Assembly (NCBI GenBank): GCA_964016885.1
Contig: OZ024743.1
Span: 377,208,001 to 377,272,000 of the forward strand
From: Eledone cirrhosa
Taxonomy: Eukaryota
Length of the DNA: 64,000 nt
Direction: 5' to 3'
A model generated the notes under the pieces. That model had not been told where the DNA came from, did no database searches, and was given only the letters and a program-made list of their open reading frames with translations. Positions 42,801 to 60,800 of the stretch are shown one piece after another; the stretch's first letter is position 1, and every line of letters starts with the position of its first letter. A program made the position numbers and the translations under genes.

Positions 42801-45800
42801 CATCACCACCACCATCAACACCAATAGAATCACTAACACTATCAACACCAACACATCACCACCACCATCAACACAAACACCATCACCACCACCATCAACA
42901 CCAACACCATCACCACCACCATCAACACCAACACCATCACCACCACCATCAACACCAACACCATCACCACCACCATCAACACCAATACCATCACCACCAC
43001 CATCAACACCAACACCATCACCACCACCATCAACACCAACACCATCACCACCACCATCAACTCCAACACCATCACCACCACCATCAACACCAATGGAATC
43101 ACTAACACTATCAACACCAACACCATCACCACCACCGCCAACACCAATACCATCACCACCACCATCAACACCAATACCATCACTACCACCATCAACACCA
43201 ACACCATCACCACCACCGCCAACACCAATACCATCACTACCACCATCAACACCAACACCATCACCACCATCATCAACACCAACACCATCACCACCACCAT
43301 CAACACTAGCACCATCAGCATCACCACCAGCGCCAACACCACCACCATCAACACCAATACCATCACCACCACCATCAACACCAACACCATCACCACCACC
43401 ATCAACACCAACACCATCACCACCACCATCAACACTAGCACCATCAGCATCACCACCAGCGCCAACACCACCACCATCAACACCAGCGCCATCACGACCA
43501 CCATCAACACCAATACCATCACCACCACCATCAATACCAATACCATCACTACCACCATCAACACCAACACCATCACCACCACCATCAACACCAATACCAT
43601 CACCACCACCATCAACACCAACACCATCAACACCACCATCAACACCAACACCATCTCCACCACCGCCAACACCAGTACCATCACCACCACCATCAACACC
43701 AATACTATCACCACCACCATCAACACCCCATCACCACCACCATCAACACCAATACTATCACCACCACCATCAACACCAATACCATCACCACCACCATCAA
43801 CACCAATATCATCACCACCAGCATCAACACCAATATCATCACCACCACCATCAACACCAACACCATCACCACCACCGCCAACACCAACACCATCTCCACC
43901 ACCATTAACACCAACACCATCACTACCACCATCAACACCAACACCATCACCGCCACTATCAACACCAATACCATCACCACCACCATCACCACCACCATCA
44001 ACACCAATACTATCACCACCACCATCAACACCAATACCATCACCACCACCATCAACACCAATATCATCACCACCACCATTAACACCAACACCATCACCAC
44101 CACCGCCAACACCAACACCATCACCACCACCGCCAACACCAATACCATCACCACCACCATCAACACCAATACCATCACCACCACCATCAACACCAATACC
44201 ATCACCACCACCATCAACACCAATACCATCACTACCACCATCAACACCAACACCATCACCACCACCGCCAACACCAATACCATCACTACCACCATCAACA
44301 CCAACACCATCACCACCACCATCAACACCAATACCATCACCACCACCATCAACACCAATACCATCACCACCACCATCAACACCAACACCATCACCACCAC
44401 CATCAACACCAATACCATCACCACCACCATCAACACCACCGCCAACACCAACACCATCACCACCACGATCAACAGCAATACCATCATCACCACCATCAAC
44501 ACCAATACCATCACTACCACCATCAACACCAATACCATCACCACCACCATCAACACCATCACCACCACCGCCAACACCAATACCATCACCACCACCATCA
44601 ACACCAATACCATCACCACCACCATCAACACCAATACCATCACCACCACCATCAACACCAACACCATCACCACCACGATCAACAGCAATACCATCATCAC
44701 CACCATCAACACCAATACCATCACCACCACCATCAACACCAATACCATCACCACCACCATCAACACCAACACCATCACCACCACCATCAACACCAATACC
44801 ATCACCACCACCATCAACACCAATACCATCACCACCACCATCAACACCACCGCCAACACCAACACCATCACCACCACGATCAACACCAATACCATCATCA
44901 CCACCATCAACACCAATACCATCACTACCACCATCAACACCAATACCATCACCACCACCATCAACACCATCACCACCACCGCCAACACCAATACCATCAC
45001 CACCACCATCAACACCAATACCATCATCACTACCATCAACACCAATACCATCACTACCACCATCAACACCAATACCATCACCACCACCATCAACACCAAC
45101 ACCATCACCACCACCGCCAACACCAATACCATCACCACCACCATCAACACCAATACCATCACCACCACCATCAACACCAACACCATCTCCACCACCATTA
45201 ACACCAACACCATCACTACCACCATCAACACCAACACCATCACCACCACTATCAACACCAATACCATCACCACCACCATCACCACCACCATCAACACCAA
45301 TACTATCACCACCACCATCAACACCAATACCATCACCACCACCATCAACACCAATATCATCACCACCACCATTAACACCAACACCATCACCACCACCGCC
45401 AACACCAACACCATCACCACCACCGCCAACACCAATACCATCACCACCACCATCAACACCAATACCATCATCACTACCATCAACACCAATACCATCACTA
45501 CCACCATCAACACCAATACCATCACCACCACCATCAACACCAACACCATCACCACCACCGCCAACACCAATACCATCACCACCACCATCAACACCAATAC
45601 CATCACCACCACCATCAACACCAATACCATCACCACCACCATCAACACCAATACCATCACCACCACCATCAACACCAATACCATCATCACCACCATCAAC
45701 ACCAATACCATCACTACCACCATCAACACCAACACCATCACCACCACCGCCAACACCAATACCATCACCACCACCATCAACACCAATACCATCACCACCA

Positions 45801-48800
45801 CCATCAACACCAATACCATCACCACCACCATCAACACCAATACCATCACCACCACCATCAACACCAATACCATCATCACCACCATCAACACCAATACCAT
45901 CACTACCACCATCAACACCAACACCATCACCACCACCGCCAACACCAATACCATCACTACCACCATCAACACCAACACCATCACCACCACCGCCAACACC
46001 AATACCATCACCACCACCATCAACACCAATACCATCACCACCACCATCAACACCAATACCATCACCACCACCATCAACACCAATACCATCACCACCACCA
46101 TCAACACCAATACCATCACCACCACCATCAACACCAATACCATCACCACCACCATCAACACCAATACCATCACCACCACCATCAACACCAATACCATCAC
46201 CACCACCATCAACACCAATACCATCACCACCACCATCAACACCAATACCATCACCACCACCATCAACACCAATACCATCACCACCACCGCCAACACCAAC
46301 ACCATCACCACCACCATCAACACCAATACCATCACCACCACCATCAACACCAATACCATCACCACCACCATCAACACCAATACCATCACCACCACCGCCA
46401 ACACCAACACCATCACCACCACCATCAACACCAACACCATCACCACCACCATCAACACCAATACCATCACCACCACCATCAACACCAATACCATCACCAC
46501 CACCGCCAACACCAACACCATCACCACCACCATCAACACCAATACCATCACCACCACCATCAACACCAATACCATCACCACCACCATCAACACCAATACC
46601 ATCACCACCACCATCAACACCAATACCATCACCACCACCGCCAACACCAATACCATCACTACCACCATCAACACCAACACCATCACCACCACCGCCAACA
46701 CCAATACCATCACCACCACCATCAACACCAATACCATCACCACCACCATCAACACCAATACCATCACCACCACCATCAACACCAATACCATCACCACCAC
46801 CATCAACACCAATACCATCACCACCACCATCAACACCAATACCATCACCACCACCATCAACACCAATACCATCACCACCACCATCAACACCAATACCATC
46901 ACCACCACCATCAACACCAATACCATCACCACCACCATCAACACCAATACCATCATCACCACCATCAACACCAATACCATCACTACCACCATCAACACCA
47001 ACACCATCACCACCACCGCCAACACCAATACCATCACTACCACCATCAACACCAACACCATCACCACCACCGCCAACACCAATACCATCACCACCACCAT
47101 CAACACCAATACCATCACCACCACCATCAACACCAATACCATCACCACCACCATCAACACCAACACCATCACCACCACCATCAACACCAATACCATCACC
47201 ACCACCATCAACACCAATACCATCACCACCACCATCAACACCAATACCATCACCACCACCATCAACACCAATACCATCACCACCACCATCAACACCAATA
47301 CCATCATCACCACCATCAACACCAATACCATCACTACCACCATCAACACCAATACCATCACCACCACCATCAACACCAATACCATCACCACCACCATCAA
47401 CACCAATACCATCACCACCACCATCAACACCAATACCATCACCACCACCATCAACACCAACACCATCACCACCACCATCAACACCAATACCATCACCACC
47501 ACCATCAACACCAATACCATCACAACCACCATCAACACCAATACCATCACCACCACCATCAACACCAATACCATCACCACCACCATCAACACCAATACCA
47601 TCATCACCACCATCAACACCAATACCATCACTACCACCATCAACACCAATACCATCACCACCACCATCAACACCAATACCATCACCACCACCATCAACAC
47701 CAATACCATCACCACCACCATCAACACCAATACCATCACTACCACCATCAACACCAACACCATCACCACCACCGCCAACACCAATACCATCACCACCACC
47801 ATCAACACCAATACCATCACCACCACCATCAACACCAATACCATCATCACCACCATCAACACCAATACCATCACTACCACCATCAACACCAACACCATCA
47901 CCACCACCGCCAACACCAATACCATCACCACCACCATCAACACCAATACCATCACCACCACCATCAACACCAACACCATCACCACCACCATCAACACCAC
48001 CGCCAACACCAATACCATCACCACCACCATCAACACCACCGCCAACACCAATACCATCACCACCACCATCAACACCAACACCATCACCACCACCGCCAAC
48101 ACCAATACCATCACCACCACCATCAACACCAACACCATCACCACCACCGCCAACACCAATACCATCACCACCACCATCAACACCAATACCATCACCACCA
48201 CCATCAACACCAATACCATCACCACCACCATCAACACCACCGCCAACACCAATACCATCACCACCACCATCAACACCAATACCATCACTACCACCATCAA
48301 CACCAACACCATCACCACCACCGCCAACACCAATACCATCACTACCACCATCAACACCAACACCATCACCACCACCATCAACACCAATACCATCACCACC
48401 ACCATCAACACCAATACCATCACCACCACCATCAACACCAATACCATCACTACCACCATCAACACCAACACCATCACCACCACCGCCAACACCAATACCA
48501 TCACTACCACCATCAACACCAACACCATCACCACCACCATCAACACCAATACCATCACCACCACCATCAACACCAATACCATCACCACCACCATCAACAC
48601 CAACACCATCACCACCACCATCAACACCAATACCATCACCACCACCATCAACACCACCGCCAACACCAACACCATCACCACCACGATCAACAGCAATACC
48701 ATCATCACCACCATCAACACCAATACCATCACTACCACCATCAACACCAATACCATCACCACCACCATCAACACCATCACCACCACCGCCAACACCAATA

Positions 48801-51800
48801 CCATCACCACCACCATCAACACCAATACCATCACCACCACCATCAACACCAATACCATCACCACCACCATCAACACCAACACCATCACCACCACGATCAA
48901 CAGCAATACCATCATCACCACCATCAACACCAATACCATCACCACCACCATCAACACCAATACCATCACCACCACCATCAACACCAACACCATCACCACC
49001 ACCATCAACACCAATACCATCACCACCACCATCAACACCAATACCATCACCACCACCATCAACACCACCGCCAACACCAACACCATCACCACCACGATCA
49101 ACACCAATACCATCATCACCACCATCAACACCAATACCATCACTACCACCATCAACACCAATACCATCACCACCACCATCAACACCATCACCACCACCGC
49201 CAACACCAATACCATCACCACCACCATCAACACCAATACCATCACCACCACCATCAACACCAACACCATCACCACCACCATCAACACCAATACCATCACC
49301 ACCACCATCAACACCAATACCATCACCACCACCATCAACACCACCGCCAACACCAACACCATCACCACCACGATCAACACCAATACCATCATCACCACCA
49401 TCAACACCAATACCATCACCACCACCATCAACACCATCACCACCACCGCCAACACCAATACCATCACCACCACCATCAACACCAATACCATCACCACCAC
49501 CATCAACACCAATACCATCACCACCACCATCAACACCATCACCACCACCGCCAACACCAATACCATCACCACCACCATCAACACCAATACCATCACCACC
49601 ACCATCAACACCAATACCATCATCACCACCATCAACACCAATACCATCACTACCACCATCAACACCAATACCATCACCACCACCATCAACACCATCACCA
49701 CCACCGCCAACACCAATACCATCACCACCACCATCAACACCAATACCATCACCACCACCATCAACACCAATACCATCACCACCACCATCAACACCACCGC
49801 CAACACCAACACCATCACCACCACGATCAACACCAATACCATCATCACCACCATCAACACCAATACCATCACTACCACCATCAACACCAATACCATCACC
49901 ACCACCATCAACACCATCACCACCACCGCCAACACCAATACCATCACCACCACCATCAACACCAATACCATCACCACCACCATCAACACCAATACCATCA
50001 CCACCACCATCAACACCAATACCATCATCACCACCATCAACACCAATACCATCACTACCACCATCAACACCAATACCATCACCACCACCATCAACACCAT
50101 CACCACCACCGCCAACACCAATACCATCACCACCACCATCAACACCAATACCATCACCACCACCATCAACACCAATACCATCACCACCACCATCAACACC
50201 AATACCATCATCACCACCATCAACACCAATACCATCACTACCACCATCAACACCAATACCATCACCACCACCATCAACACCATCACCACCACCGCCAACA
50301 CCAATACCATCACCACCACCATCAACACCAATACCATCACCACCACCATCAACACCAATACCATCACCACCACCATCAACACCACCGCCAACACCAACAC
50401 CATCACCACCACGATCAACACCAATACCATCATCACCACCATCAACACCAACACCATCACCACCACCATCAACACCAATACCATCACCACCACCATCAAC
50501 ACCACCGCCAACACCAACACCATCACCACCACGATCAACAGCAATACCATCATCACCACCATCAACACCAATACCATCACTACCACCATCAACACCAATA
50601 CCATCACCACCACCATCAACACCATCACCACCACCGCCAACACCAATACCATCACCACCACCATCAACACCAATACCATCACCACCACCATCAACACCAA
50701 TACCATCACCACCACCATCAACACCAACACCATCACCACCACGATCAACAGCAATACCATCATCACCACCATCAACACCAATACCATCACCACCACCATC
50801 AACACCAATACCATCACCACCACCATCAACACCAACACCATCACCACCACCATCAACACCAATACCATCACCACCACCATCAACACCAATACCATCACCA
50901 CCACCATCAACACCACCGCCAACACCAACACCATCACCACCACGATCAACACCAATACCATCATCACCACCATCAACACCAATACCATCACTACCACCAT
51001 CAACACCAATACCATCACCACCACCATCAACACCATCACCACCACCGCCAACACCAATACCATCACCACCACCATCAACACCAATACCATCATCACTACC
51101 ATCAACACCAATACCATCACTACCACCATCAACACCAATACCATCACCACCACCATCAACACCAACACCATCACCACCACCGCCAACACCAATACCATCA
51201 CCACCACCATCAACACCAATACCATCACCACCACCATCAACACCAACACCATCTCCACCACCATTAACACCAACACCATCACTACCACCATCAACACCAA
51301 CACCATCACCACCACTATCAACACCAATACCATCACCACCACCATCACCACCACCATCAACACCAATACTATCACCACCACCATCAACACCAATACCATC
51401 ACCACCACCATCAACACCAATATCATCACCACCACCATTAACACCAACACCATCACCACCACCGCCAACACCAACACCATCACCACCACCGCCAACACCA
51501 ATACCATCACCACCACCATCAACACCAATACCATCATCACTACCATCAACACCAATACCATCACTACCACCATCAACACCAATACCATCACCACCACCAT
51601 CAACACCAACACCATCACCACCACCGCCAACACCAATACCATCACCACCACCATCAACACCAATACCATCACCACCACCATCAACACCAATACCATCACC
51701 ACCACCATCAACACCAATACCATCACCACCACCATCAACACCAATACCATCATCACCACCATCAACACCAATACCATCACTACCACCATCAACACCAACA

Positions 51801-54800
51801 CCATCACCACCACCGCCAACACCAATACCATCACCACCACCATCAACACCAATACCATCACCACCACCATCAACACCAATACCATCACCACCACCATCAA
51901 CACCAATACCATCACCACCACCATCAACACCAATACCATCATCACCACCATCAACACCAATACCATCACTACCACCATCAACACCAACACCATCACCACC
52001 ACCGCCAACACCAATACCATCACTACCACCATCAACACCAACACCATCACCACCACCGCCAACACCAATACCATCACCACCACCATCAACACCAATACCA
52101 TCACCACCACCATCAACACCAATACCATCACCACCACCATCAACACCAATACCATCACCACCACCATCAACACCAATACCATCACCACCACCATCAACAC
52201 CAATACCATCACCACCACCATCAACACCAATACCATCACCACCACCATCAACACCAATACCATCACCACCACCATCAACACCAATACCATCACCACCACC
52301 ATCAACACCAATACCATCACCACCACCATCAACACCAATACCATCACCACCACCGCCAACACCAACACCATCACCACCACCATCAACACCAATACCATCA
52401 CCACCACCATCAACACCAATACCATCACCACCACCATCAACACCAATACCATCACCACCACCGCCAACACCAACACCATCACCACCACCATCAACACCAA
52501 CACCATCACCACCACCATCAACACCAATACCATCACCACCACCATCAACACCAATACCATCACCACCACCGCCAACACCAACACCATCACCACCACCATC
52601 AACACCAATACCATCACCACCACCATCAACACCAATACCATCACCACCACCATCAACACCAATACCATCACCACCACCATCAACACCAATACCATCACCA
52701 CCACCGCCAACACCAATACCATCACTACCACCATCAACACCAACACCATCACCACCACCGCCAACACCAATACCATCACCACCACCATCAACACCAATAC
52801 CATCACCACCACCATCAACACCAATACCATCACCACCACCATCAACACCAATACCATCACCACCACCATCAACACCAATACCATCACCACCACCATCAAC
52901 ACCAATACCATCACCACCACCATCAACACCAATACCATCACCACCACCATCAACACCAATACCATCACCACCACCATCAACACCAATACCATCACCACCA
53001 CCATCAACACCAATACCATCATCACCACCATCAACACCAATACCATCACTACCACCATCAACACCAACACCATCACCACCACCGCCAACACCAATACCAT
53101 CACTACCACCATCAACACCAACACCATCACCACCACCGCCAACACCAATACCATCACCACCACCATCAACACCAATACCATCACCACCACCATCAACACC
53201 AATACCATCACCACCACCATCAACACCAACACCATCACCACCACCATCAACACCAATACCATCACCACCACCATCAACACCAATACCATCACCACCACCA
53301 TCAACACCAATACCATCACCACCACCATCAACACCAATACCATCACCACCACCATCAACACCAATACCATCATCACCACCATCAACACCAATACCATCAC
53401 TACCACCATCAACACCAATACCATCACCACCACCATCAACACCAATACCATCACCACCACCATCAACACCAATACCATCACCACCACCATCAACACCAAT
53501 ACCATCACCACCACCATCAACACCAACACCATCACCACCACCATCAACACCAATACCATCACCACCACCATCAACACCAATACCATCACAACCACCATCA
53601 ACACCAATACCATCACCACCACCATCAACACCAATACCATCACCACCACCATCAACACCAATACCATCATCACCACCATCAACACCAATACCATCACTAC
53701 CACCATCAACACCAATACCATCACCACCACCATCAACACCAATACCATCACCACCACCATCAACACCAATACCATCACCACCACCATCAACACCAATACC
53801 ATCACTACCACCATCAACACCAACACCATCACCACCACCGCCAACACCAATACCATCACCACCACCATCAACACCAATACCATCACCACCACCATCAACA
53901 CCAATACCATCATCACCACCATCAACACCAATACCATCACTACCACCATCAACACCAACACCATCACCACCACCGCCAACACCAATACCATCACCACCAC
54001 CATCAACACCAATACCATCACCACCACCATCAACACCAACACCATCACCACCACCATCAACACCACCGCCAACACCAATACCATCACCACCACCATCAAC
54101 ACCACCGCCAACACCAATACCATCACCACCACCATCAACACCAACACCATCACCACCACCGCCAACACCAATACCATCACCACCACCATCAACACCAACA
54201 CCATCACCACCACCGCCAACACCAATACCATCACCACCACCATCAACACCAATACCATCACCACCACCATCAACACCAATACCATCACCACCACCATCAA
54301 CACCACCGCCAACACCAATACCATCACCACCACCATCAACACCAATACCATCACTACCACCATCAACACCAACACCATCACCACCACCGCCAACACCAAT
54401 ACCATCACTACCACCATCAACACCAACACCATCACCACCACCATCAACACCAATACCATCACCACCACCATCAACACCAATACCATCACCACCACCATCA
54501 ACACCAATACCATCACTACCACCATCAACACCAACACCATCACCACCACCGCCAACACCAATACCATCACTACCACCATCAACACCAACACCATCACCAC
54601 CACCATCAACACCAATACCATCACCACCACCATCAACACCAATACCATCACCACCACCATCAACACCAACACCATCACCACCACCATCAACACCAATACC
54701 ATCACCACCACCATCAACACCACCGCCAACACCAACACCATCACCACCACGATCAACAGCAATACCATCATCACCACCATCAACACCAATACCATCACTA

Positions 54801-57800
54801 CCACCATCAACACCAATACCATCACCACCACCATCAACACCATCACCACCACCGCCAACACCAATACCATCACCACCACCATCAACACCAATACCATCAC
54901 CACCACCATCAACACCAATACCATCACCACCACCATCAACACCAACACCATCACCACCACGATCAACAGCAATACCATCATCACCACCATCAACACCAAT
55001 ACCATCACCACCACCATCAACACCAATACCATCACCACCACCATCAACACCAACACCATCACCACCACCATCAACACCAATACCATCACCACCACCATCA
55101 ACACCAATACCATCACCACCACCATCAACACCACCGCCAACACCAACACCATCACCACCACGATCAACACCAATACCATCATCACCACCATCAACACCAA
55201 TACCATCACTACCACCATCAACACCAATACCATCACCACCACCATCAACACCATCACCACCACCGCCAACACCAATACCATCACCACCACCATCAACACC
55301 AATACCATCACCACCACCATCAACACCAACACCATCACCACCACCATCAACACCAATACCATCACCACCACCATCAACACCAATACCATCACCACCACCA
55401 TCAACACCACCGCCAACACCAACACCATCACCACCACGATCAACACCAATACCATCATCACCACCATCAACACCAATACCATCACCACCACCATCAACAC
55501 CATCACCACCACCGCCAACACCAATACCATCACCACCACCATCAACACCAATACCATCACCACCACCATCAACACCAATACCATCACCACCACCATCAAC
55601 ACCATCACCACCACCGCCAACACCAATACCATCACCACCACCATCAACACCAATACCATCACCACCACCATCAACACCAATACCATCATCACCACCATCA
55701 ACACCAATACCATCACTACCACCATCAACACCAATACCATCACCACCACCATCAACACCATCACCACCACCGCCAACACCAATACCATCACCACCACCAT
55801 CAACACCAATACCATCACCACCACCATCAACACCAATACCATCACCACCACCATCAACACCACCGCCAACACCAACACCATCACCACCACGATCAACACC
55901 AATACCATCATCACCACCATCAACACCAATACCATCACTACCACCATCAACACCAATACCATCACCACCACCATCAACACCATCACCACCACCGCCAACA
56001 CCAATACCATCACCACCACCATCAACACCAATACCATCACCACCACCATCAACACCAATACCATCACCACCACCATCAACACCAATACCATCATCACCAC
56101 CATCAACACCAATACCATCACTACCACCATCAACACCAATACCATCACCACCACCATCAACACCATCACCACCACCGCCAACACCAATACCATCACCACC
56201 ACCATCAACACCAATACCATCACCACCACCATCAACACCAATACCATCACCACCACCATCAACACCAATACCATCATCACCACCATCAACACCAATACCA
56301 TCACTACCACCATCAACACCAATACCATCACCACCACCATCAACACCATCACCACCACCGCCAACACCAATACCATCACCACCACCATCAACACCAATAC
56401 CATCACCACCACCATCAACACCAATACCATCACCACCACCATCAACACCACCGCCAACACCAACACCATCACCACCACGATCAACACCAATACCATCATC
56501 ACCACCATCAACACCAATACCATCACTACCACCATCAACACCAATACCATCACCACCACCATCAACACCATCACCACCACCGCCAACACCAATACCATCA
56601 CCACCACCATCAACACCAATACCATCACCACCACCATCAACACCAATACCATCACCACCACCATCAACACCAACACCATCACCACCACCATCAACACCAA
56701 TACCATTACCACCACCATCAACACCAATACCATCACCACCACGATCAACACCAATACCATCACCACCACCATCAACACCATCACCACCACCGCCAACACC
56801 AATACCATCACCACCACGATCAACAGCAATACCTTCACCACCACCATCAACACCAACACCATCACCACCACCATCAACACCAATACCATCACCACCACCA
56901 TCAACACCAATACCATCACCACCACGATCAACACCAATACCATCACCACCACCATCAACACCAATACCATCACCACCACCATCAACACCAACACCATCAC
57001 CACCACCATCAACACCAATACCATCACCACCACCATCAACACCAATACCATCACCACCACCATCAACACCAACACCATCACCACCACCATCAACACCAAT
57101 ACCATCACCACCACCATCAACACCAACACCATCACCACCACGATCAACAGCAATACCATCACCACCACCATCAACACCAATACCATCACCACCACCATCA
57201 ACACCAACACCATCACCACCACGATCAACAGCAATACCATCACCACCACCATCAACACCAATACCATCACCACCACCATCAACACCAACACCATCACCAC
57301 CACGATCAACAGCAATACCATCACCACCACCATCAACACCAACACCATCACCACCACGATCAACAGCAATACCATCACCACCACCATCAACACCAATACC
57401 ATCACCACCACCATCAACACCAACACCATCACCACCACGATCAACAGCAATACCATCACCACCACCATCAACACCAATACCATCACCACCACGATCAACA
57501 GCAATACCATCACCACCACCATCAACACCAATACCATCACCACCACCATCAACACCAACACCATCACCACCACGATCAACAGCAATACCATCACCACCAC
57601 CATCAACACCAATACCATCACCACCACCATCAACACCAACACCATCACCACCACGATCAACAGCAATACCATCACCACCACCATCAACACCAATACCATC
57701 ACCACCACCATCAACACCAACACCATCACCACCACCATCAACACCAATACCATCACCACCACCATCAACACCAATACCATCACCACCACCATCAACACCA

Positions 57801-60800
57801 ACACCATCACCACCACGATCAACAGCAATACCATCACCACCACCATCAACACCAATACCATCACCACCACCATCAACACCAATACCATCACCACCACCAT
57901 CAACACCAATACCATCACCAGCACCATCAACACCAATACCATCACCACCACCATCAACACCAATACCATCACCACCACCATCAACACCAACACCATCACC
58001 ACCACCATCAACACCATCACCACCACCGCCAACACCAACACCATCACCACCACCATCAACACCAACACCATCACCACCACCATCAACACCAACACCATCA
58101 CCACCACGATCAACAGCAATACCATCACCACCACCATCAACACCAATACCATCACCACCACCATCAACACCAACACCATCACCACCACGATCAACACCAA
58201 TACCATCACCACCACCATCAACACCAATACCATCACCACCACCATCAACACCAATACCATCACCACCACCATCAACACCAACACCATCACCACCACGATC
58301 AACAGCAATACCATCACCACCACCATCAACACCAATACCATCACCACCACCATCAACACCAACACCATCACCACCACGATCAACAGCAATACCATCACCA
58401 CCACCATCAACACCAACACCATCACCACCACCATCAACACCAACACCATCACCACCACGATCAACAGCAATACCATCACCACCACCATCAAAACCAATAC
58501 CATCACCACCACCATCAACACCAACACCATCACCACCACGATCAACAGCAATACCATCACCACCACCATCAACACCAATACCATCACCACCACCATCAAC
58601 ACCAACACCATCACCACCACGATCAACAGCAATACCATCACCACCACCATCAACACCAATACCATCACCACCACCATCAACACCAACACCATCACCACCA
58701 CCATCAACACCAACACCATCACCACCACCATCAACACCAATACCATCACCACCACCATCAACACCAACACCATCACCACCACGATCAACACCAATACCAT
58801 CACCACCACCATCAACACCAATACCATCACCACCACCATCAACACCAATACCATCACCACCACCATCAACACCAACACCATCACCACCACGATCAACAGC
58901 AATACCATCACCACCACCATCAACACCAATACCATCACCACCACGATCAACAGCAATACCATCACCACCACCATCAACACCAATACCATCACCACCACCA
59001 TCAACACAAACACCATCACCACCACCATCAACACCAATACCATCACCACCACCATCAACACCACCGCCAACACCAACACCATCACCACCACGATCAACAG
59101 CAATACCATCACCACCACCATCAACACCAATACCATCACCACCACCATCAACACCAACACCATCACCACCACGATCAACAGCAATACCATCACCACCACC
59201 ATCAACACCAATACCATCACCACCACCATCAACACCAATACCATCACCACCACGATCAACAGCAATACCATCACCACCACCATCAACACCAATACCATCA
59301 CCACCACCATCAACACCAACACCATCACCACCACGATCAACAGCAATACCATCACCACCACCATCAACACCAATACCATCACCACCACCATCAACACCAA
59401 CACCATCACCACCACGATCAACAGCAATACCATCACCACCACCATCAACACCAATACCATCACCACCACCATCAACACCAATACCATCACCACCACGATC
59501 AACAGCAATACCATCACCACCACCATCAACACCAATACCATCACCACCACCATCAACACAAACACCATCACCACCACCATCAACACCAATACCATCACCA
59601 CCACCATCAACACCACCGCCAACACCAACACCATCACCACCACGATCAACAGCAATACCATCACCACCACCATCAACACCAACACCATCACCACCACGAT
59701 CAACAGCAATACCATCACCACCACCATCAACACCAATACCATCACCACCACCATCAACACCAACACCATCACCACCACGATCAACACCAATACCATCACC
59801 ACCACCATCAACACCAATACCATCACCACCAACACCAATACCATCACCACCACCATCAACACAAACACCATCACCACCACGATCAACAGCAATACCATCA
59901 CCACCACGATCAACAGCAATACCATCACCACCACGATCAACAGCAATACCATCACCACCACCATCAACACCAACACCATCACCACCACCATCAACACCAA
60001 TACCATCACCACCACCATCAACACCAACACCATCACCACCACCATCAACACCAACACCATCACCACCACCATCAACACAAACACCATCACCACCACGATC
60101 AACAGCAATACCATCACCACCACCATCAACACCAACACCATCACCACCACCATCAACACCAATACCATCACCACCACCATCAACACCAACACCATCACCA
60201 CCACCATCAACACCAATACCATCACCACCACCATCAACACAAACACCATCACCACCACGATCAACAGCAATACCATCACCACCACCATCAACACCAACAC
60301 CATCACCACCACGATCAACAGCAATACCATCACCACCACCATCAACACCAACACCATCACCACCACCATCAACACCAATACCATCACCACCACCATCAAC
60401 ACCAACACCATCACCACCACCATCAACACCAATACCATCACCACCACCATCAACACAAACACCATCACCACCACGATCAACAGCAATACCATCACCACCA
60501 CCATCAACACCAACACCATCACCACCACCATCAACACCAATACCATCACCACCACCATCAACACAAACACCATCACCACCACCATCAACACCAACACCAT
60601 CACCACCACCATCAACACCAATACCATCACCACCACCATCAACACCAACACCATCACCACCACCATCAACACCAACACCATCACCACCACCATCAACACA
60701 AACACCATCACCACCATCATCAACACCAATACCATCACCACCACCATCAACACAAACACCATCACCACCACGATCAACAGCAATACCATCACCACCACCA

